NCBI GenBank assembly: GCA_038206295.1
Contig: JBBRAZ010000018.1
Location: forward strand, 8,728 to 72,727
Direction of reading: 5' to 3'
From: Acidimicrobiales bacterium
GTDB lineage: Bacteria; Actinomycetota; Acidimicrobiia; Acidimicrobiales; JBBRAZ01
DNA length: 64,000 bases
This document shows, in pieces, positions 62,816 to 64,000 of this stretch. Below the pieces are notes generated by a model that saw only the letters and a program-made list of their open reading frames with translations, was not told the origin of the DNA and did not search any database. Position numbers and translations under genes: made by a program. Each line of letters opens with the position of its first letter. The first letter of the stretch is position 1.

Positions 62816-63304
62816 TCAGTCGCGGAAGTTCCCGAACTGCAGCGGCACGCCGAAGTCGTGCTCCTTCAGGGCGGCGATGACCTCTTGGAGATCGTCGCGC
62901 TTCTTGCCCGTCACGCGGAGCTGGTCGCCCTGGCTCTGGGACTGCACGCCCTTGAGGCCCAGCGCCTTGATGAACTTGTTGAGCTCCTTGGCCTTGTCCG
63001 AGGAGATGCCGGCGGCCAGCGTGCCGACCTGGCGGGCGGTGCTGCCGGCTGCGTCCTCGACCTTGCCCCACGCCAGGCCCTTGAGCGACACCTTGCGCTT
63101 CACGAGCTTCTCCTCGAGGACCTGGCGGGCGGCGTTGAGCCGGTCCTCGGTGGCGGAGCGCAGGGTCACGCTGCTCTCGTCGAGCTCGACGGTGGTGTCG
63201 GTGCCCTTGAAGTCGAACCGGGTCGTGAGCTCGCGGGTGGCCTGGTCGACCGCGTTGCGGATCTCCTGCTGGTCGACCTCGGAGGTGACATCGAAGGTTG
63301 GCAT
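62816..63304 (-). CDS. yajQ: YajQ-family nucleotide-binding protein (UPF0234)
   Basis: MPTFDVTSEVDQQEIRNAVDQATRELTTRFDFKG ... QLRVTGKKRDDLQ. 162 aa. Confidence 0.88.
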   Translation of the reverse strand: MPTFDVTSEVDQQEIRNAVDQATRELTTRFDFKGTDTTVELDESSVTLRSATEDRLNAARQVLEEKLVKRKVSLKGLAWGKVEDAAGSTARQVGTLAAGISSDKAKELNKFIKALGLKGVQSQSQGDQLRVTGKKRDDLQEVIAALKEHDFGVPLQFGNFRD

Positions 63305-63405
63305 GCCGCGCAACCTACCTGACGAGGTGCCGGAGCAGCAGCGTCGCCCGGTCCCGGTCGGCGTTGTTGGCCGGGGCGCCGCGTTGGCTATCGTGACCCA
63401 GTTCT

Positions 63406-63490
<85 letters not shown>

Positions 63491-63495
63491 CTGCA

Positions 63496-63546
63496 CGTTC
63501 TGTGCATCCTCGCTTCCGGTGGTCGGAAGCACGGATGCACAGAACG
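63496..63546. terminator. Long hairpin between tRNA-Tyr and the convergent GH1 gene
   Basis: CGTTCTGTGCATCC..GCTTCCG-gtggt-CGGAAGC..GGATGCACAGAACG (14 + 7 bp arms). Confidence 0.5.
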
Positions 63547-63560
63547 AGTGCGGCGCTAGA

Positions 63561-64000
63561 TCAGCCCCAGCGGTCCAGGGCGCCGGGGGCGTGCTCGGCG
63601 ACGATCTCCGGCGTGATGGCGTTGGCTTCGATGATCGCCTGCATGAGGTGCGCGCTCTGCCGGGGCCTGCGCTCCAGGGAGGGGTCGTCGTGGTCCATGG
63701 CCACGATGCCGAACCGCTTGGCGAACCCCTCGCGCCACTCGAAGTTGTCGATGAAGCTCCACAGCAGGTAGCCGCGCACGTCCGCACCGTCGGCGATCGC
63801 CCTGTGCACCTGCGAGAGGTGGCTCACGAGGTAGCGACGTCGCAGCTCGTCGCCGTCGTCGCAGCAGCCGTTCTCGGTGATGTAGATCGGCGCCTGCATG
63901 GTGCGCGCCACCTTCGTCAGCACCGCGTGGAAGCCAGGGGGGTACACCTGCCAGCCCATGCCGGTGGTCTCGATGCCCGGCGGGACGTCGTACTCGCCGC
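63561..64000 (-). CDS. Glycoside hydrolase family 1 (beta-glucosidase-like), C-terminal part; gene continues beyond the window end
   Basis: YITENG nucleophile motif, GYLLWSFIDNFEWREGFAKRFG. Confidence 0.85.
   Translation of the reverse strand, partial: GEYDVPPGIETTGMGWQVYPPGFHAVLTKVARTMQAPIYITENGCCDDGDELRRRYLVSHLSQVHRAIADGADVRGYLLWSFIDNFEWREGFAKRFGIVAMDHDDPSLERRPRQSAHLMQAIIEANAITPEIVAEHAPGALDRWG

Overview
High-GC (about 70%) actinobacterial-type chromosomal segment. The split cytochrome b and overall gene content suggest an Acidimicrobiia-like lineage, but that is inference only. All calls rest on reading motifs and operon structure by eye; no searches were run.

The window is dominated by respiration and tetrapyrrole genes, in this order:
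- ABC transporter pair, acyl-CoA ligase, and a GMC oxidoreductase.
- A rex-sirC-hemA-hemC-(membrane protein)-cobA/hemD operon, then hemB-hemL.
- A DUF234-type ATPase with a striking triple-palindrome operator, and an ECF sigma/anti-sigma pair.
- A MenJ-like reductase and a mono-haem cytochrome c.
- A 21-gene same-strand run (19.8-40.6 kb). It joins an atypical Rieske/cytochrome b complex directly to a complete 14-subunit nuoA-N operon. The bc part has a small membrane protein, a ferredoxin-like protein, split cytochrome b, Rieske, dihaem c and another membrane protein.
- A glycan-export, glycosyltransferase and sulfotransferase island.
- A second, 11-subunit nuo operon lacking nuoEFG.
- acs, a HAD phosphatase, yajQ, tRNA-Tyr and a partial GH1 glycosidase.

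The best lead is the gene translationally coupled to the end of the second nuo operon, a MidA/NDUFAF7-family methyltransferase. Its known mitochondrial target arginine (the HRG motif of NuoD) is present only in the NuoD of that operon. The NuoD of the 14-subunit operon has HTG instead.

Rex-box-like palindromes sit upstream of rex, of the bc-nuo run, and (weakly) of the second nuo operon.
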